64,000 bases of DNA, from positions 174,470,001 to 174,534,000 of the forward strand of contig CM059425.1 in the NCBI GenBank assembly GCA_030390025.1, given 5' to 3'. Position numbers and translations under genes: made by a program. Position 1 is the stretch's first letter. Each line of letters starts with the position of its first letter. The notes beneath the pieces are model-generated. The model worked only from the letters and a program-made list of their open reading frames with translations. It did no database searches and was not told the DNA's origin. Shown in pieces: positions 36,776-50,431 of the stretch. The stretch is from Squalus acanthias. Its lineage: Eukaryota.

Positions 36776-37429
36776 TTTTACATAGGATTACATAGAATAT
36801 ACAGCACAGAAACAGGCCATTTGGCCCAACCAGTCTATGCCGGCATTTATGCTCCATTCGAGCCTCCTCCCATCCTTCCTCATCCAACCATATCAGCATA
36901 ACCCTCTATTCCCTTCTCCCTTATATGTTTATCTAGCCTCCCCTTAAATGCATCTATACTCTTCACCTCAACAACTCCCTGTGGTAGCGAGTTCCACATT
37001 CTCACGACTCTGTAGGTAAAGAAGTTTCTTCTGAATTCCCTATTTGATTTTTTGGTGACTACCCTGTATTGATGACCTCTAGTTTTTCTCTTTCCCACAA
37101 CTGGAAACACTCTCTGTGACTTCTCTAACAAAACCTTTCATAATTTTAAAGACCTCTATTAGGTCACCCCTCAGCCTTCTCTTTTCTAAAGCGAGATCCA
37201 GGCTGTTCATCCTTTCCTGATAGTTATAACCTCACAGTTCTGGTATCATCCTTGTAAATCTTTTTTCACCCTATCCAGTGCCTCTATATCCTCTTTCTAA
37301 TATGGCGACCAGAACTGGACACATATTCCAAGTGTGGTCTAGCCAAGGTTCAATAAAAGTTTGGCATAACTTCTCTACTTTTCAATTCTATCCCTCGAGA
37401 AATAAACCCTCGTGCTTGGTTTGCTTTTG

Positions 37430-38166
37430 GTTTTTTTATTCGTTTATGGGATGTGGGCGTCGCTGGCAATGCCAGCATTTATTGCCCATCCCTAATTGCC
37501 CTCGAGAAGGTGGTGGTGAGCCGCCTTCTTGAACCGCTGCAGTCCGTGTGGTGAAGGTACTCCCACAATGCTGTTAGGGAGGGAGTTCCAGGATTTTGAC
37601 CCAGCGACGATGAAGGAACGGCGATATACTTCTGAGTCAGGATGATGTGTGACTTGGAGGGAAACTTGGAGGTGGTGGTGTTCCCATGCGCCTGCTGCCC
37701 TTGTCCTTCTAGGTGGAAGAGGTCCCGATTTTGGGAGGTGCTGCCGAAGAAGCCTTGGCGAGTTGCTGCAGTGCATCTTGTAGATGGTACGCACTGCAGC
37801 CACGGTACGCCGGTGGTGGAGGGAGTGAATGTTTAAGGTGGTGGATGGGGTGCCACTCAAGCGGGCTTCTTTGTCCTGGATGGTGTCGAGCTTCTTGAGT
37901 GTTGTTGGAGCTGCACTCATCCAGGCAAGTGGAGACTATTCCTGACTTGTGCCTTGTAGATGGTGGAAAGGCTTTGGGGAGTCAGCAGGTGAGACACTCG
38001 CCGCAGAATACCTAGCCTCTGACCTGCTCTTGTTGCCACAGTATTTATGTGGCTGGTCCAGTTAAGTTTCTGGTCAATGGTGACCCCCAGGATGTTGATG
38101 GTGGGGGATTCGGCGATGGTAATGCCACTGAATGTGAAGAGGCGGTGGTTAGACTCTCGCTTGTTG
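37430..38166 (-). mobile_element. CR1-clade LINE family A, 5'-truncated
   Basis: Very similar to the 562-1295 segment, including the family tail. Confidence 0.9.
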
Positions 38167-38298
38167 TTATGGCCTTATTGACCTGCGTCGCAACTTTCAG
38201 TGATTTGTACTCCCAGATCGCCTTGCTCTTCTACCCCATTTAGATTCTTATTTTCTAAGTAATATGTGACCTCCTTATTTTTCTGAGCAAAATGTAAT

Positions 38299-39061
38299 GG
38301 CCCAGAAATTAAACATCGATGGTTCCCGCGGGGGTAAGGATTCTCCGCGATATCGCACTCCGCGCCTACCTTTTTGTTTCGGGCCCACACGAACTTCAGT
38401 TTCAGGGCCTCTCCCTGTTGCCAGCGTGCAGTGCTTGCGTGTCCCAGAGGCGCAATTAGTTCGTGCGAGCTCTGGGATCACGTGATTCAGTTAGAGCCAA
38501 TGGCAGCACACCATCTTTCATTCATAGTTTTGACAGCAAGGGCTGTCAAAGCTATGAATACGACAAGCCCCCAAAAGAACAGCTAAACCTCAATTAAATT
38601 AAAAAAAAAAGCCATCACATTAATAAAATAACTGTAGTTAAATAAATTAACCACTTTAAACAAAAAATTAAATTTTTGAAAATTTTTTAAATCTTTTTAA
38701 AAGTTATAAAAATAAACTTACCTTTCTTTAAAGTCTCTAAAAAAGATAAACCTGTTGAAAAAAATTTAAAATAACACTTAATTAACTACTTACCTTGTTA
38801 AAAGGGGGTCCTACGCCTGCTTTCTTTGTGTAAAATCTTCACCACTTACCTGTGCGTTCAAACCTGAAAAAAAAACTAAGTGCACTGCGTGTGCGCAGCC
38901 TGTAGTGCGCACGCGGTTCACTTAGGAACCGCCCCCTTTGCAATACACGAAGTGCCGGTTTCCCGCGCATGCGCAGTGCATGCAGTAAACCGGCAATTCT
39001 GGAACTAATACGCGAGAGTACACAGTGCGTACTCTCGCGTATTAGGTCTAATTTTCGGGCC
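38299..39061. mobile_element. MITE family M1
   Basis: TIR GGCCCAGAAATTA versus GGCCCGAAAATTA. TSD AAT (38296-38298, 39062-39064). Inverted homolog at 44756-45500. Confidence 0.85.
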
Positions 39062-39346
39062 AATATCTCACACTTATCTATGTTGAAGTTCATTTGCCAA
39101 TTATATGCCCATTCTGCAAGTTTATTAACGTCTTATTTGAAAGGCAACACTGCACTCCCTCAGTAGATTGTGTGTTCAAGTCTCTGAAGTGTGCCTTGAA
39201 TCCACAACCTTAGCACATTTGAAAACTGAGCAAGTCTTTCTGTATTTAAAAAGGTATAATCAGCTGCATTTTGCTGAAATATCTCACACACAGCAAGTAT
39301 TGTTTCCACTACTGATGCAGCTAGTAAGCTGATGCAAGTACAAATT

Positions 39347-40166
39347 GGCCTGGAATTTGCGGTCCTGATGACAGAGAACTGGCAGTGTTCGCCGTCATTT
39401 CGCCTTTGAAACTGACCGCAACTTCAGCATTTAGCGCATGCGCAGCCTAATACAGAAATCTTGAAGTTGCGGTCTTTCATTCACTGCTCCTCCACAGGCA
39501 GTGCTGTGCCCCCCCACCCCCACCGAAGAGCCGGCAATCAGTGTAATCTAGCAAATCATGTAAACTGACCCCATAGCCGGTAATCAGTGAAATCAGAGAA
39601 ATTTACAAAAACTTCGGCTCTTCCGCGGTAATACCGCTATTAAATACCCCATTAGAAGTTAGATCCAAAGGGATTCGGTGTAACTGGGGTTTTAACAGCG
39701 TATTAACTGTTAAACAAAGGTTATGGTCCTGAAAATCTAATTTTAATTTTGTGCAGTGTCAAATTTATCCATTTTAATAAAAATTAAAATTTTTAAGAAA
39801 CTTTAAAAGAAAATATATATATTTTTTAAGTTAGTTCATCTTTATTTCAGTTTTCCTTTTCCCCATGTGAGAGCCCAAATCTTTGTTTTGCTCTCTCTAA
39901 CATTTTTAAAAAGTTAGAATCAAAGGAGCTTACCCACTTCCTGGTTTGCTGTCTGTGAGAATTCTGCATTTTGATTGGCTGCTTAGACAGCTTGTTGATG
40001 TCAAAGCAGCTCTTCGCTTGAAATCCCCATTAACTTATGTTGATTTCAATTACACGTCGGAAAACCCAAAATTCGCGCCACAAAGATCACAAGATCTTTG
40101 TGCAAAGCTTACTTTGGGGACAGCAGCCAACGCCTTTGCTTCACCACTGTCCGCAACTTACAGGCC
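39347..40166. mobile_element. MITE family M2
   Basis: Ends GGCCTGGAATTTGCGG / CCGCAACTTACAGGCC with TSD ATT. Homolog at 48567-49314. Confidence 0.8.
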
Positions 40167-40691
40167 ATTATCTTTATTACAAATGTGCAAAAAGGTTTTG
40201 CATTCAACCTTTCGCTTCAGCACTTGGTATCCTTCAGTCCTCCCCACAACTCGGGACAGAACAACTAACTGAGGCAGCTGCTTTGGTTGCCTCTAAGGTG
40301 GCACTGGCTCTGGCGAGGGGCTGTTAGTATCATCACCCCTGCCCCTCACATCCCTGTGACAAAGTACCTGTTCCCTGCTCTGTGCCTCCTCTGAACAACG
40401 TTGAATTCAATATAGAGAAATGCAGGTATTCTTTAGCACAGAACAAAAAACTATCTATATTCTGTATTTCCATTTCACATCTGATCTAAAACACCAGTGT
40501 GATACAAACACAGTAGCTTGTCGCCGAATAGAAGGTTTCATGAGGGTAGGAAAATTAGATATTTAACCTTTCTAGAGTTCCCGCTGGTTAGGTTTATTTA
40601 CAAGAACCATACTAACCATTTTCATCGCTCTCCTTGGAACTTGTTCTCCCTGTTGAATCAGGAAAACATTCATTTAGTTTTGAATGCTTCA

Positions 40692-41749
40692 ACAAAGGAA
40701 GATGGTTGTGGTGATTGAAGATCAATCATCACAGCCCCAGGACATCGCTGCAGGAGTTCTTCAGGGCAGTGGCCTAGGCCCAACCATCTCAGCTGCTTCA
40801 TCAATGACCTTCCCTCCAACATAAGGTCAGAAATGGGGATGTTGGCTGATGACTGCACAGTGTTCAGTGCCATTCACAACTCCTCAGATAATGAAGCAGT
40901 CCATGCCCGCATGCAACAAGACCTGGACGACGTTCAGGCTTGGGCTGATAAGTGGCAGGTAACATTCGCGCCACACAAATGCCAGGCAATGACTAACTCC
41001 AACAAGCGAGAGTCTAACCACCGCCCCTTGACATTCAATGGCATTACCATCGCCGAATCCCCCACCATCAACATCCTGGGGGTCACCATTGACCAGAAAC
41101 TTAACTGGACCAGCCACATAAATACTGTGGCAACAAGAGCAGGTCAGAGATTAGGTATTCTGTGGCGAGTGTCTCACCTCCTGACTCCCCAAAGCCTTTC
41201 TACCATCTACAAGGCACAAGTAAGGAGTGTGATGGAATACTCTCCACTTGCCTGGATGAGTGCAGCTCCAACAACACTCAAGAAGTTCGACACCATACAG
41301 GACAAAGCAGCCCGCTTGATTGGCACCCCATCTACCACCTTAAACATTCACTCCCTCCACCACCGGCGTACCGTGGCTGCAGTGCGCACCATCTACAAGA
41401 TGCACTGCAGCGACTCGCCAAGGCTTCTTCAGCAGCACCTCCCAAACCCACGACCTCTTCCACCTAGAAGGACAAGGGCAGCAGGCGCATGGGAACACCA
41501 CCACCTCCAAGTTCCCCTCCAAGTCACACACCATCCTGACTTCGAAGTATATTGCCGTTCCTTCATCGTCGCTGGGTCAAAATCCTGGAACTCCCTCCCT
41601 AACAGCACTGAGGGAGTACCTTCACCACATGGACTGCAGCGGTTCAAGAAGGCGGCTCACCACCACCTTCTCAAGGGTAATTAGGGATGGGCAATAAATG
41701 CTGGCTTTGCCAGCGACGCCCACATCCCATAGAAACGAATTTAAAAAAA
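40692..41749 (+). mobile_element. CR1-clade LINE family A, 5'-truncated
   Basis: ORF 40833-41684 LADDCTVF...AHHHLLKGN plus the family tail. Confidence 0.92.
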
Positions 41750-42295
41750 CAAGTCTACATTTACTGCTCCAAGTGACCTTCTATGAAGTGAAACTTAACC
41801 TTATGCATTTAGTATATGGGATTTGGCATGTCACAAGACATGTAAATCTGCCACTGGACTGTATGTAGGATTCCACAACGTTGCATGGCATTTCAGAAGG
41901 CGGATAATATCAGTAACCAGTAACAGGCTCACCTATTAAATTGGTTTATTCGCGAACAGAATTATTTACAAAAGCCACCAGTATGGGAGACACAATGAAC
42001 AGTTTAATAGAGCACTGCAAGTCTGGAAATAGTTCACAATAGGGTTGAGCAAACAAACTAGTCAGATAAGACTTTTTGGATTTACACAACAGAATTTAAG
42101 GCTAACTCCTTCTCAGAGGATAAGAAATGTTGTTCCTCAGTGAAAAGAAAATACAGTCTTTGCACAAATTACCTAAGAGCAAGATTTTCTGAGCCTAATT
42201 TATCAAAGTGCTCCACACCAAAACAAACTAAACTGCTAACAAACAAAATGTGCTGATTTTTAATTCTCATATTTCCAGTGAAGAACGGGTATGTG

Positions 42296-42636
42296 AACAT
42301 AAGAACATAAGAAATGGGAGCAGGAGTAGGCCATTTGGCTCTTCGAGCCTGCTCCGTCATTCAATAAAATCATGGCTGATCTTCTACCTCATCTCCACTT
42401 TCCTGCACTATCCCCATATCCCTTGATTCCCTTACCATTCAAAAATCTATTGATCTCTGTCTTGAATATACTCAATGACTGAGCCTCCACAGCCCTCTGG
42501 GGTCGAGAGTTCCAAAGATTCACCAAGAAGTTTCTCCTCATCTCAGTCCTGACCCCTTATTCTGAGACTGTGACCCCTGGTTCTAGACTCGCCAGCTACG
42601 GGAAACATCCTCCCTGCATCTACCCTGTCAAGCCCT
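42296..42636 (-). mobile_element. CR1 family B 3' fragment
   Basis: (AACATAAG)n tail and an SRTRGHSLRI-coding region on the minus strand. Confidence 0.85.
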
Positions 42637-44299
42637 GAAGGTTGGTCTATTGGTCCACCCCTGATACATTAACTCACTTATTCACTCCACAGATCTGCTG
42701 TTTCCAGCATTTTCTGTTGGTAAAGATGATCAGCTGAACAATATACAGTCTATAGACACAAAGCCGTGATGATGATCACTTTGAGGTATTGATAGGGACC
42801 GACAAATGTACATCCCATGTTTAGTAATCTGGTATAATTTCAACCTACGATAGGCCTCAAACTCAATCTATTCACATCTATTAAAGCGCCTTTAAATTCA
42901 CTGATTTTTCCCCACAGCCTGTCCTGATGGCATTACAGTGATCAATCAAGACTTTTGCATGCCGAAGTACTTTGTCCCTTCAAAGAGGTACTGTGCTCGT
43001 AAAGCAGACATCTCGCATATGAGAAAACGTAAAGGAGCCAAAAATTTGCAGCCGCCAGTGCATTCCCACCATATCTCCGGTAAAAGTGCATCGGAAGGGC
43101 CACAAATTAGCCAAGATCCACGTGGAACAAATCCCTGACTTTCTTGATGACCTTGCAAGGAGCAAAGCCTAAACCAAAAATGACCATCAGCATAATGGGG
43201 AGCAACGCCCAATGCTAGAAATTCTTGTGTTCCTGGCGTACCAAGTATCAGTCAGATCACTGGTAGCTGCTACACCAGGTAAGACCTAGAGTAACAACTT
43301 GCTGCATGACGGGAAGTGGGGACAGCCTCGGAGTCCAAGCCTGGATCCTGGCCTGGTCCCTGAAGAGAAAAGCTAATTTTTTTGTTTGAGCCTCCTTTGT
43401 AGGAGGGCACTGGTGGCTACTTTCTGGTGAAGGGGCCCACACCACCACAACCCAGCACACTTCTGCCACAGTATGTAGCCCGCTTTGGCAGGTAGGAACC
43501 CTAGAAGCCCTCTTTGCAGCACGGGTGCCCACATGTACTATTCAAATGAAAGGAATTCCCCGTGACCCTGCAAACTTTGGCAAGGTCGCTGCCAGATGTC
43601 TCAAACAGGCACACTCAGGAATTGATGCAGGGATGCAGCCCTTGCGTATTTATAGCCCCTCTGCCTTTTAATTCGTTGTAACCTCCATTTTGTATGTGTG
43701 TGTTAAAAGCTATTTAAAACTAAGCAAAAATAAGAAAATGAGTGAGCAAAAATACATTTTTTGTTACATCATCTTCATGGAAGAGTGTTTGGCATTTTTT
43801 CCATTTGTTTGCAAACACATAGCAGTAAATTACATCAAAACACTACTGTGTCACATAGTGTCATCATGGTGACAGTAATATGCTGCTTGCTGACTCTTTT
43901 CTCACCCCAATAGAAAAACTATAACACAATAACTACTGATTCTGCACAGTTTGAAACACTTGGGGGTAAAAATTGTAATCATTGCACTCTTTATCCAAAT
44001 TGAAAACGGGGGCAAAAATTACCAATTTTGCAGGGCACGATAACCCACCCTAATTAAGCAAATGCGGCCCAAGGCCCAATTTCAGGCAGGCCTCTGGCCT
44101 CCTGGTTGGGGCACACTCTCTGTGCGCCATTGGTTATGGACCCATAAACAGGCCATAAGGAATTTCCACCCCTTGAATTATAAAAGCATACAGAGAGAAA
44201 AGACCGCCAAGCCGTTAAGACCACCTCATCCAACCAATGGTGCAACCTGCATGCCAATCATCCACCCACTAACCACATTATCTCCTGGGAGAGGCAAAA

Positions 44300-46620
44300 A
44301 CAAATTCCCCACAGCCAATTCTGGAAAAAGTTTGCAGTCAGCAAGCTCCAGGAGATTGCACATGACTCCTCATAACGACATCTAACAACCAACTTACCCC
44401 TTATAAACTCACACAAACTTGTCCTGCTCCCTTTTAAAAAATAGTAGTGACTCCTTACCACATGACTTGTCAGTTTGTTCCCGAGAGCAACGACTCTGGG
44501 AAAAAAAATACTTTCTGGCATCTAAGCCAACTCTTTGCCTTTAGATTATATAGGGATGATCTCGACTTTTAACATCCCTAACTATTTCAAATAACCTGTC
44601 TAATCAGACTGTCTCCAATACCTGGATCATTATGAAAACCTCAATATTTACTTTGGAGAAATATAGGGGTTATTAACCATAACCCTTGGAGTCTATTATC
44701 ATAACCAAGAGCTCTTCCTGGTCAATCCCCTCTGTACCTTGGCCAGAGTCTCAATGGGCCAAAAATTCGGCCCTTCCCGGGTGAGTACACAGTGCGTACT
44801 CACCCGTAAGGCGTCCCGAAGTGCCGGTTTCCTGCATGCACTGCGCATGCGCGGGAAACTGGAACTTCCGGTCTGGTGAAGGGGGCGGTTCCTAGGTGAA
44901 CCGCGCACGCAGCAAACTTAGATTTTTTTTCAGGTTTCTACGGGAGGGTAAGTATTGAAGAACCTGCACATTTAAAAAGGAGGCGCAGGAGCCGTTTTCA
45001 ACAAGGTAAGTGGTTAATTAAGTATAATTTAAAAAAAATTTCAACAGGTTTATCTTTTTTAGATACTTTAAAGAAAGGTAAGTTTATTTTTAGCACTGTT
45101 AAAAAGTATTTTAATTTTTTCAAAAATTTAAATTTTTGTTTAAAGTGGTTAATTTATTTAACTATAGTTATTTTATAAATGTGATGGGTTTTTAAAAAAT
45201 TTATTTTAAGTTTAGCTGTTCTTTTGGGGCCGATTTCAATTCATACATTTGACAGGTCTTCCTGTCAAATCTATGAATGAAAGATGGTCTGCTGCCATTG
45301 GCTCTCCATGGCCCACGTGATCCCAGGGGACGCATCGCACTAACTGCACCCCTGAGACACGCAAGCACTGCGCGCTGGCACTTGGAGCAGGCCCAGGAGC
45401 TGAAGTTCCCGTGGGTCCAAAACACAACGGCAGGCGCGGTAGGTAAGTGCGCGTGCGATCCTTACCCCCGCGGCAAGCCAGAGAGGCGAATTTCAGGGCC
45501 AATATCTTTCACCATCTCCTGGGACCAAAACCTAACACAGTACTTCAAGGATGATGTACCAGAGCCTTATATAGTATCCTTCATTTTGTACTTGATGCTC
45601 CTAGCATTACAACTAAAATCCGATTTGATTTCTCTATAGCCACATCACATTGCTTGTGCATCTTTAATGAGAGATTGACTATTACTCCCAGATCTCCTCT
45701 TTGATCCATTACTTTTAACAGTTCCCCCTACACGGTATAAACATGCTTGGAGTTTCCCAATCCCAAACACTGCATTTGCCTACATTAATTGACATCTGCC
45801 AAATCAACAGCATCTTGCATTTATATGGAGATTTACATCATTCAGCTAACTCAACTAAATTAGCCTGTAAGCTATTGATTTGGTCTGAATTATTAACCCT
45901 GCGCACATTTTTGTATCATCTACAAATTTAAGAATGGTTCTATTTAAACCCTAACTACATTTTAATCCAGGCCCCATTAATAACACCCCTCCACTTATCT
46001 CTTTTTAACCAGCTATATATCCAACATAATAGCATCTCTATCATCCGTGCAATCTAATCCCATCTATGCAGTAATTTATCAAACGCCCTTTGAAAGTCAA
46101 GGTATACAACACCAACTGGACTATCTTCATCCACCATTCTGATCACATCCTCGAATAATTCATTCAGGTTAGTGAGAGAGGACCAACATTTCTTAAAGCT
46201 AGGCTGTGAATCTCTAATAACCCTCAAACTCTCCAAGTAATCAAATATCATATCCTGTATAATGCTTTTTGACAGCTTACCGACTACCAAAGTCAAACTC
46301 ACTGGCCTATAATTCCAAGGTCCAATTTTTCCCTTACTTAATAATAGGACCACATGAACCTCCTTCTAATTTTTGGGAACTAACCCAGAACTTAATGGAT
46401 TATTGAATATACGAGTCAGTGTCTCATATGTGACCTGCCCCCACACCCCATTTTCCTGAGCATGCTGGGTTAAATGTCGTTGGGTCCTGCAGCACGATCA
46501 GCTTTACGTACATTTATCTTAGTTAAAAGAATTACAGCAGTCACTTCTAATGAAGCAATTTTAGCTACACACCTATCTTGTAATAATGGGCCCATGGATT
46601 ATATCAGTCTTCTTGGCCTC
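44300..46620 (-). mobile_element. Old degenerate CR1 (RT region), interrupted by a MITE at 44756-45500
   Basis: ORF 46054-46353 contains NYRPVSLTLVVGK and VVYLDFQRAFDK. The flanks are decayed CR1. Confidence 0.65.
44756..45500. mobile_element. MITE family M1 (opposite orientation to the 38299 copy)
   Basis: Ends GGGCCAAAAATTCG / CGAATTTCAGGGCC. TSD AAT (44753-44755, 45501-45503). Confidence 0.85.
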
Positions 46621-47769
46621 TGTACTTAATGTATAATGACCATAATTCAATACCAAACTCCCAAGTGGGATATCATCTGTCCTTTTTTGACTGTCAGTAT
46701 CACTTCATTCTATTTGTACTCTGTAGATCTACTTATATAAACTAATATTCATTTGTTTTGTTTTTAAATACCATTGAAAAAAGACAGTCTACAGAAAAAA
46801 AGTTATACATCAAAACATTCAGAAAAAGTACAGAAAACATGCATGTTTAATATTCAGTCCAGTACATAGTGGAAAGCCTGCCCTCCTGTCCCGGCAGATG
46901 ACTGCTAAATAGAATGACTGACCAGAGAGAAATTAAGCAGAACAAAAGCCTACTCCCCCAGGTGAGGGTCAACTTCTGCACTGCACATAGCTGGAGAGCT
47001 AGCTCTTCAAAACCATAATCACTAGGCACAATTTCACCAATATCTTGTATTTGTGACCATTTGATAGAGGACAACGACCTAAAGCAGCTGATCAAGCCAC
47101 TTATTTGAGAATACATGCAGTAATATTAGATTTCTTACTCAATTACGACTATGCAAAATAGTTGGCCAACTGCCATCTCTAAACCTTTATTCTGCTTCAT
47201 CTTTATAATAATATAGATTTCATTATAAGATGATAATTGCTATTCTTGTACAGATATATATTACTTCGCATTTCTCAGTATTAAATGTCACTCATCTCCT
47301 CAGTTGCTGTGTCTGCATATCTTTCTGAATTATATCCTTGGAATACTTGGAATATCCCAAGTTTTGCAAACAACTTTTGTATTATCTGCAAATTTATGCT
47401 GCATTTTCCTTACAACACTACCACCATCAGCACTCCCAATTTCAGAGCCAAGCTAAATAACAAGTTCCGACTGCCTCTGTCAAGAGGTGGGGATTTCCTC
47501 CCTAATTGAAGCAGCAACATAAATGGTAATTGTTTATGATTGCTTCTGAATTCTGTACACGTGTGGGGACACGGGCAAGGACAGAAGCAGGGTTTCGGCT
47601 CCACAGGACTTTGTATCTAGGCTCAAATACAAAAAATGCGAGCAGCCAGCACCTGTACTCCAGCATAAAATAGCACCTTCAGGAAGTGAAGGGGGAGAAG
47701 TCAAAGGTGGGAGAATCTTAAAATAAGCCTGCCAAAACAATTCTGATCTGCTCCAAAATAGTTTTAATT

Positions 47770-48112
47770 TGTTGAACAGCTGAGTTATGCAAACCAGGAG
47801 AATCCCAAATTCAATATCTGTGTTGAGTTAGCTGACATTAGTAACAATTTGACTCAGGACAGGGAAATCATTCAATTATCATGCTTTATTGCTGCTAGTG
47901 ACTCCTGCTGGAAGCTTAAGTACAGGACACCAGGTAAGGACAGGGTCGGGCTTGGCTGTAAATGCCCTTCGTACTGAAATAGCGTGCTGACACTCATTGT
48001 CAAGGGTCACACAGGAAGAATAGACACTAAGGTAAGGTACTGGAGGAGTAACCCACATAGAACGATGTCCCAGCAAGAGGTAACGGCTGAAGTGGAGGAG
48101 AGGGAGGAAAAA
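47770..48112 (+). mobile_element. Old SINE-like repeat (family not identified)
   Basis: Resembles a recalled shark interspersed repeat (GAGTTAGCTGA...GGACAGGGTCGGGCTTGGCTGT...) and ends in a purine/A-rich tail. Confidence 0.35.
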
Positions 48113-48566
48113 AAATAATAGGGCTATTGAATTTAATTCCAGTGCTTTCTGCCATGAACCAGCGCAATCGGGCAGCGTAATAAAATGTAACCGTTTCTTT
48201 TTTCCCCTTGCATTAAAAAATATTTATTCACGTACTTAAGAGTACTAATCTGGTTCATTTTTATTAACACAGCTGAGAATGGGTTTATCAAAAAAAAATT
48301 TTTTAATAATAGTGTCTAGTTCACCACCTGTGAGTAACCTGATTTTAAATCACTGAAAATTACTTTAAAGAACTATACTGAACCATTTATTAGTTTCATT
48401 GGTGTGGATTCGTCAGTTTCTTAGTAAATTAAATATTTTTTAAATATTTAAACACATTAGAAATGTGCCAACTAGTGCCTTTGCGCCTAAAATAACAGCT
48501 TATTTTGAAGCGCCTCCTCGAATGGCCGCAAATGGGCACAACCCGCGGAAACTTGCTATGCTCATT

Positions 48567-49314
48567 GGCCCGGAATCTGTGGTTGTAATGATGGCAAAAC
48601 TGTCAGCGTTCATTGTCATTACTCTGTAAAACTGACAGCAACTTCTGGAGTCTGCACATGCGCAGTTAAATGCAGAAATCCTGAAGTTGCTGTCAGTGAT
48701 ACCCTGCTCCTCTACAAGGTGCGCTGCTTCAGTCCTCGCAGATGGAAATCAATTAAAATCACTGAATTGACGTGAACTTTCATTTTTTGCACACTATTCA
48801 CGCTCTAAAAACCCTTAAAAAAAGTTAAGCCTTGTTGAATGAAGTGTAACTGATTTTGTGATTGTGTACTAAGTCATAATTACTGCTGAACAACCTCTCT
48901 GGTCCTGGAAAACTAATTTTATATTTGTGGAATGTCAAGTTTCTCCATTATGATAAAAATTCCTAGATTTTTAAAATCATTAAAAAAAATGTTTTTCATT
49001 TATGAGATTTCAGCTTCTACCTTAAGCCCATGTGCATGTCCCAATCTTTATTTCACTCTGTAAAATAATTAAAAAGTGAAGGATAATCAGTGCTTTTTAC
49101 TTCCTGGTTTGCTGTCTGTGAGAATTCTTCACAGCCTGCTTGATGACATCACTGTTGCAGGAGGCTTGAGATCCCCTATAGGTGACACCAGAATGAAAGT
49201 AACATCAGTGAAAGTGAAATCTACGACACAGAGGTCGCTGGATCTTTGTGGGCAGATTTCTTCGAGGTCAGTGGCGAGCACCATCACTTCGCTGCTGACC
49301 GCAAAATCCGGGCC
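48567..49314. mobile_element. MITE family M2, apparently nested in another MITE-like element (about 48120-49492)
   Basis: Ends GGCCCGGAATCTGTGG / CCGCAAAATCCGGGCC, flanks ATT/AAT. Colinear with 39347-40166. Confidence 0.75.
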
Positions 49315-49489
49315 AATATTTCGATCTGGGGGCATGGTCTGTTTTGTGCGCGGGGCCAGCTTCCAACACGATGTTTTTTAAATCGCGTAAAAGATCACAG
49401 AAACTCTATTTACGTTTGATGTAATGTATGCTTAAAATTCCTCGATCTTTTACGCTGGTTTGTCCGATTTCAGGCGCTGAAACTCTAGG

Positions 49490-50058
49490 CCCAGAACTGT
49501 ACACAGTACTCCGAATGAGGTGTAACCAAGGTTTTATACAAGTTTAACATAACTTCTTTGCTTTTCAATGCTATTCCTCTAGAAATGAACCCCATTGCTT
49601 GGTTTGCTTTTATATGGCCTTATTACCCTGTATCACTACTTTTAGTGATTTATGGATCTGTACCCCCAGATCCCTTTGCTTCTCTGCTTCATTTAGACTC
49701 TTATTATCCAAGCAGTATGTTGCCTTCTTATTCTTCCTACCAAAATGCACCACCTCACACTTCTCTATATTGAAATTCATTTGCCAATTACACCCATTCT
49801 GCAAGTTTATTAATGTCTTCTTGTATTTTTTTGCATTCTTTCTCATTATTAACTATAACCTCCAGTTTGGGGTCATCCATAAATTTTGAAATTGTACTTC
49901 CAATTCCCAAGTCCAAAATATTAACGTAAATTGTGAACAACAGTGGTCCCAGGACCGATCCCGGTGGAACACCACTTCCTACCTTTTGCCAGTCTGCGTA
50001 TCTACCCTAACCCCAACTCACTAGTTTCTGTTTTGTAGCAACCATGCTATCCATTCTG
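49490..50058 (-). mobile_element. CR1 RT fragment
   Basis: WQMNFNIEKCEVVHFGRKN and QRDLGVQIH. Confidence 0.8.
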
Positions 50059-50431
50059 AATAATTGAACAGTTTAAAAAAAGCACACTCCACTTATGGGT
50101 GCTTTTCCTTTGTTGTAGGTTTCAAAATATGAATAAAGCCATTAATATCATTTTCTGTTCTCTGGACAAATAAACATGGATGGTAATCTTGCATCAAAGT
50201 ACAAAATGTTACTTTGTAAACAATAAAGGGTACATTTGTGAACTCTATGCCAATTTTTAACTTTTACAGATTACATAATCCACTGCCGATAGTTTTTGGA
50301 CTCGTGTCCTATATAGACAGGAAGTAATGTAACCCAGTTATACCCAATTTTTCCTGAATATTTTAGGCAGAAATGCTCAGGAGCAGATTGTGATGTTAGG
50401 CCCCCTGAGAAGGCCCAAACATGTTTGGATT

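Larger units (their letters stand above)
36783..39135 (-). mobile_element. CR1 fragment interrupted by LINE A (37430-38166) and a MITE (38299-39061)
   Basis: RRNFFTYRVVRMWNSLPQ at 36880-37131. It resumes at 38167-38298 (EEQGDLGVQI) and 39062-39135 (WQMNFNIDKCE). Confidence 0.85.

Noticed and set aside
42640..42720. Fourth Penelope tail / hammerhead
   Set aside because: Only a decayed TTTCCAGCATTTTCTG tail remains and the catalytic core is not intact.
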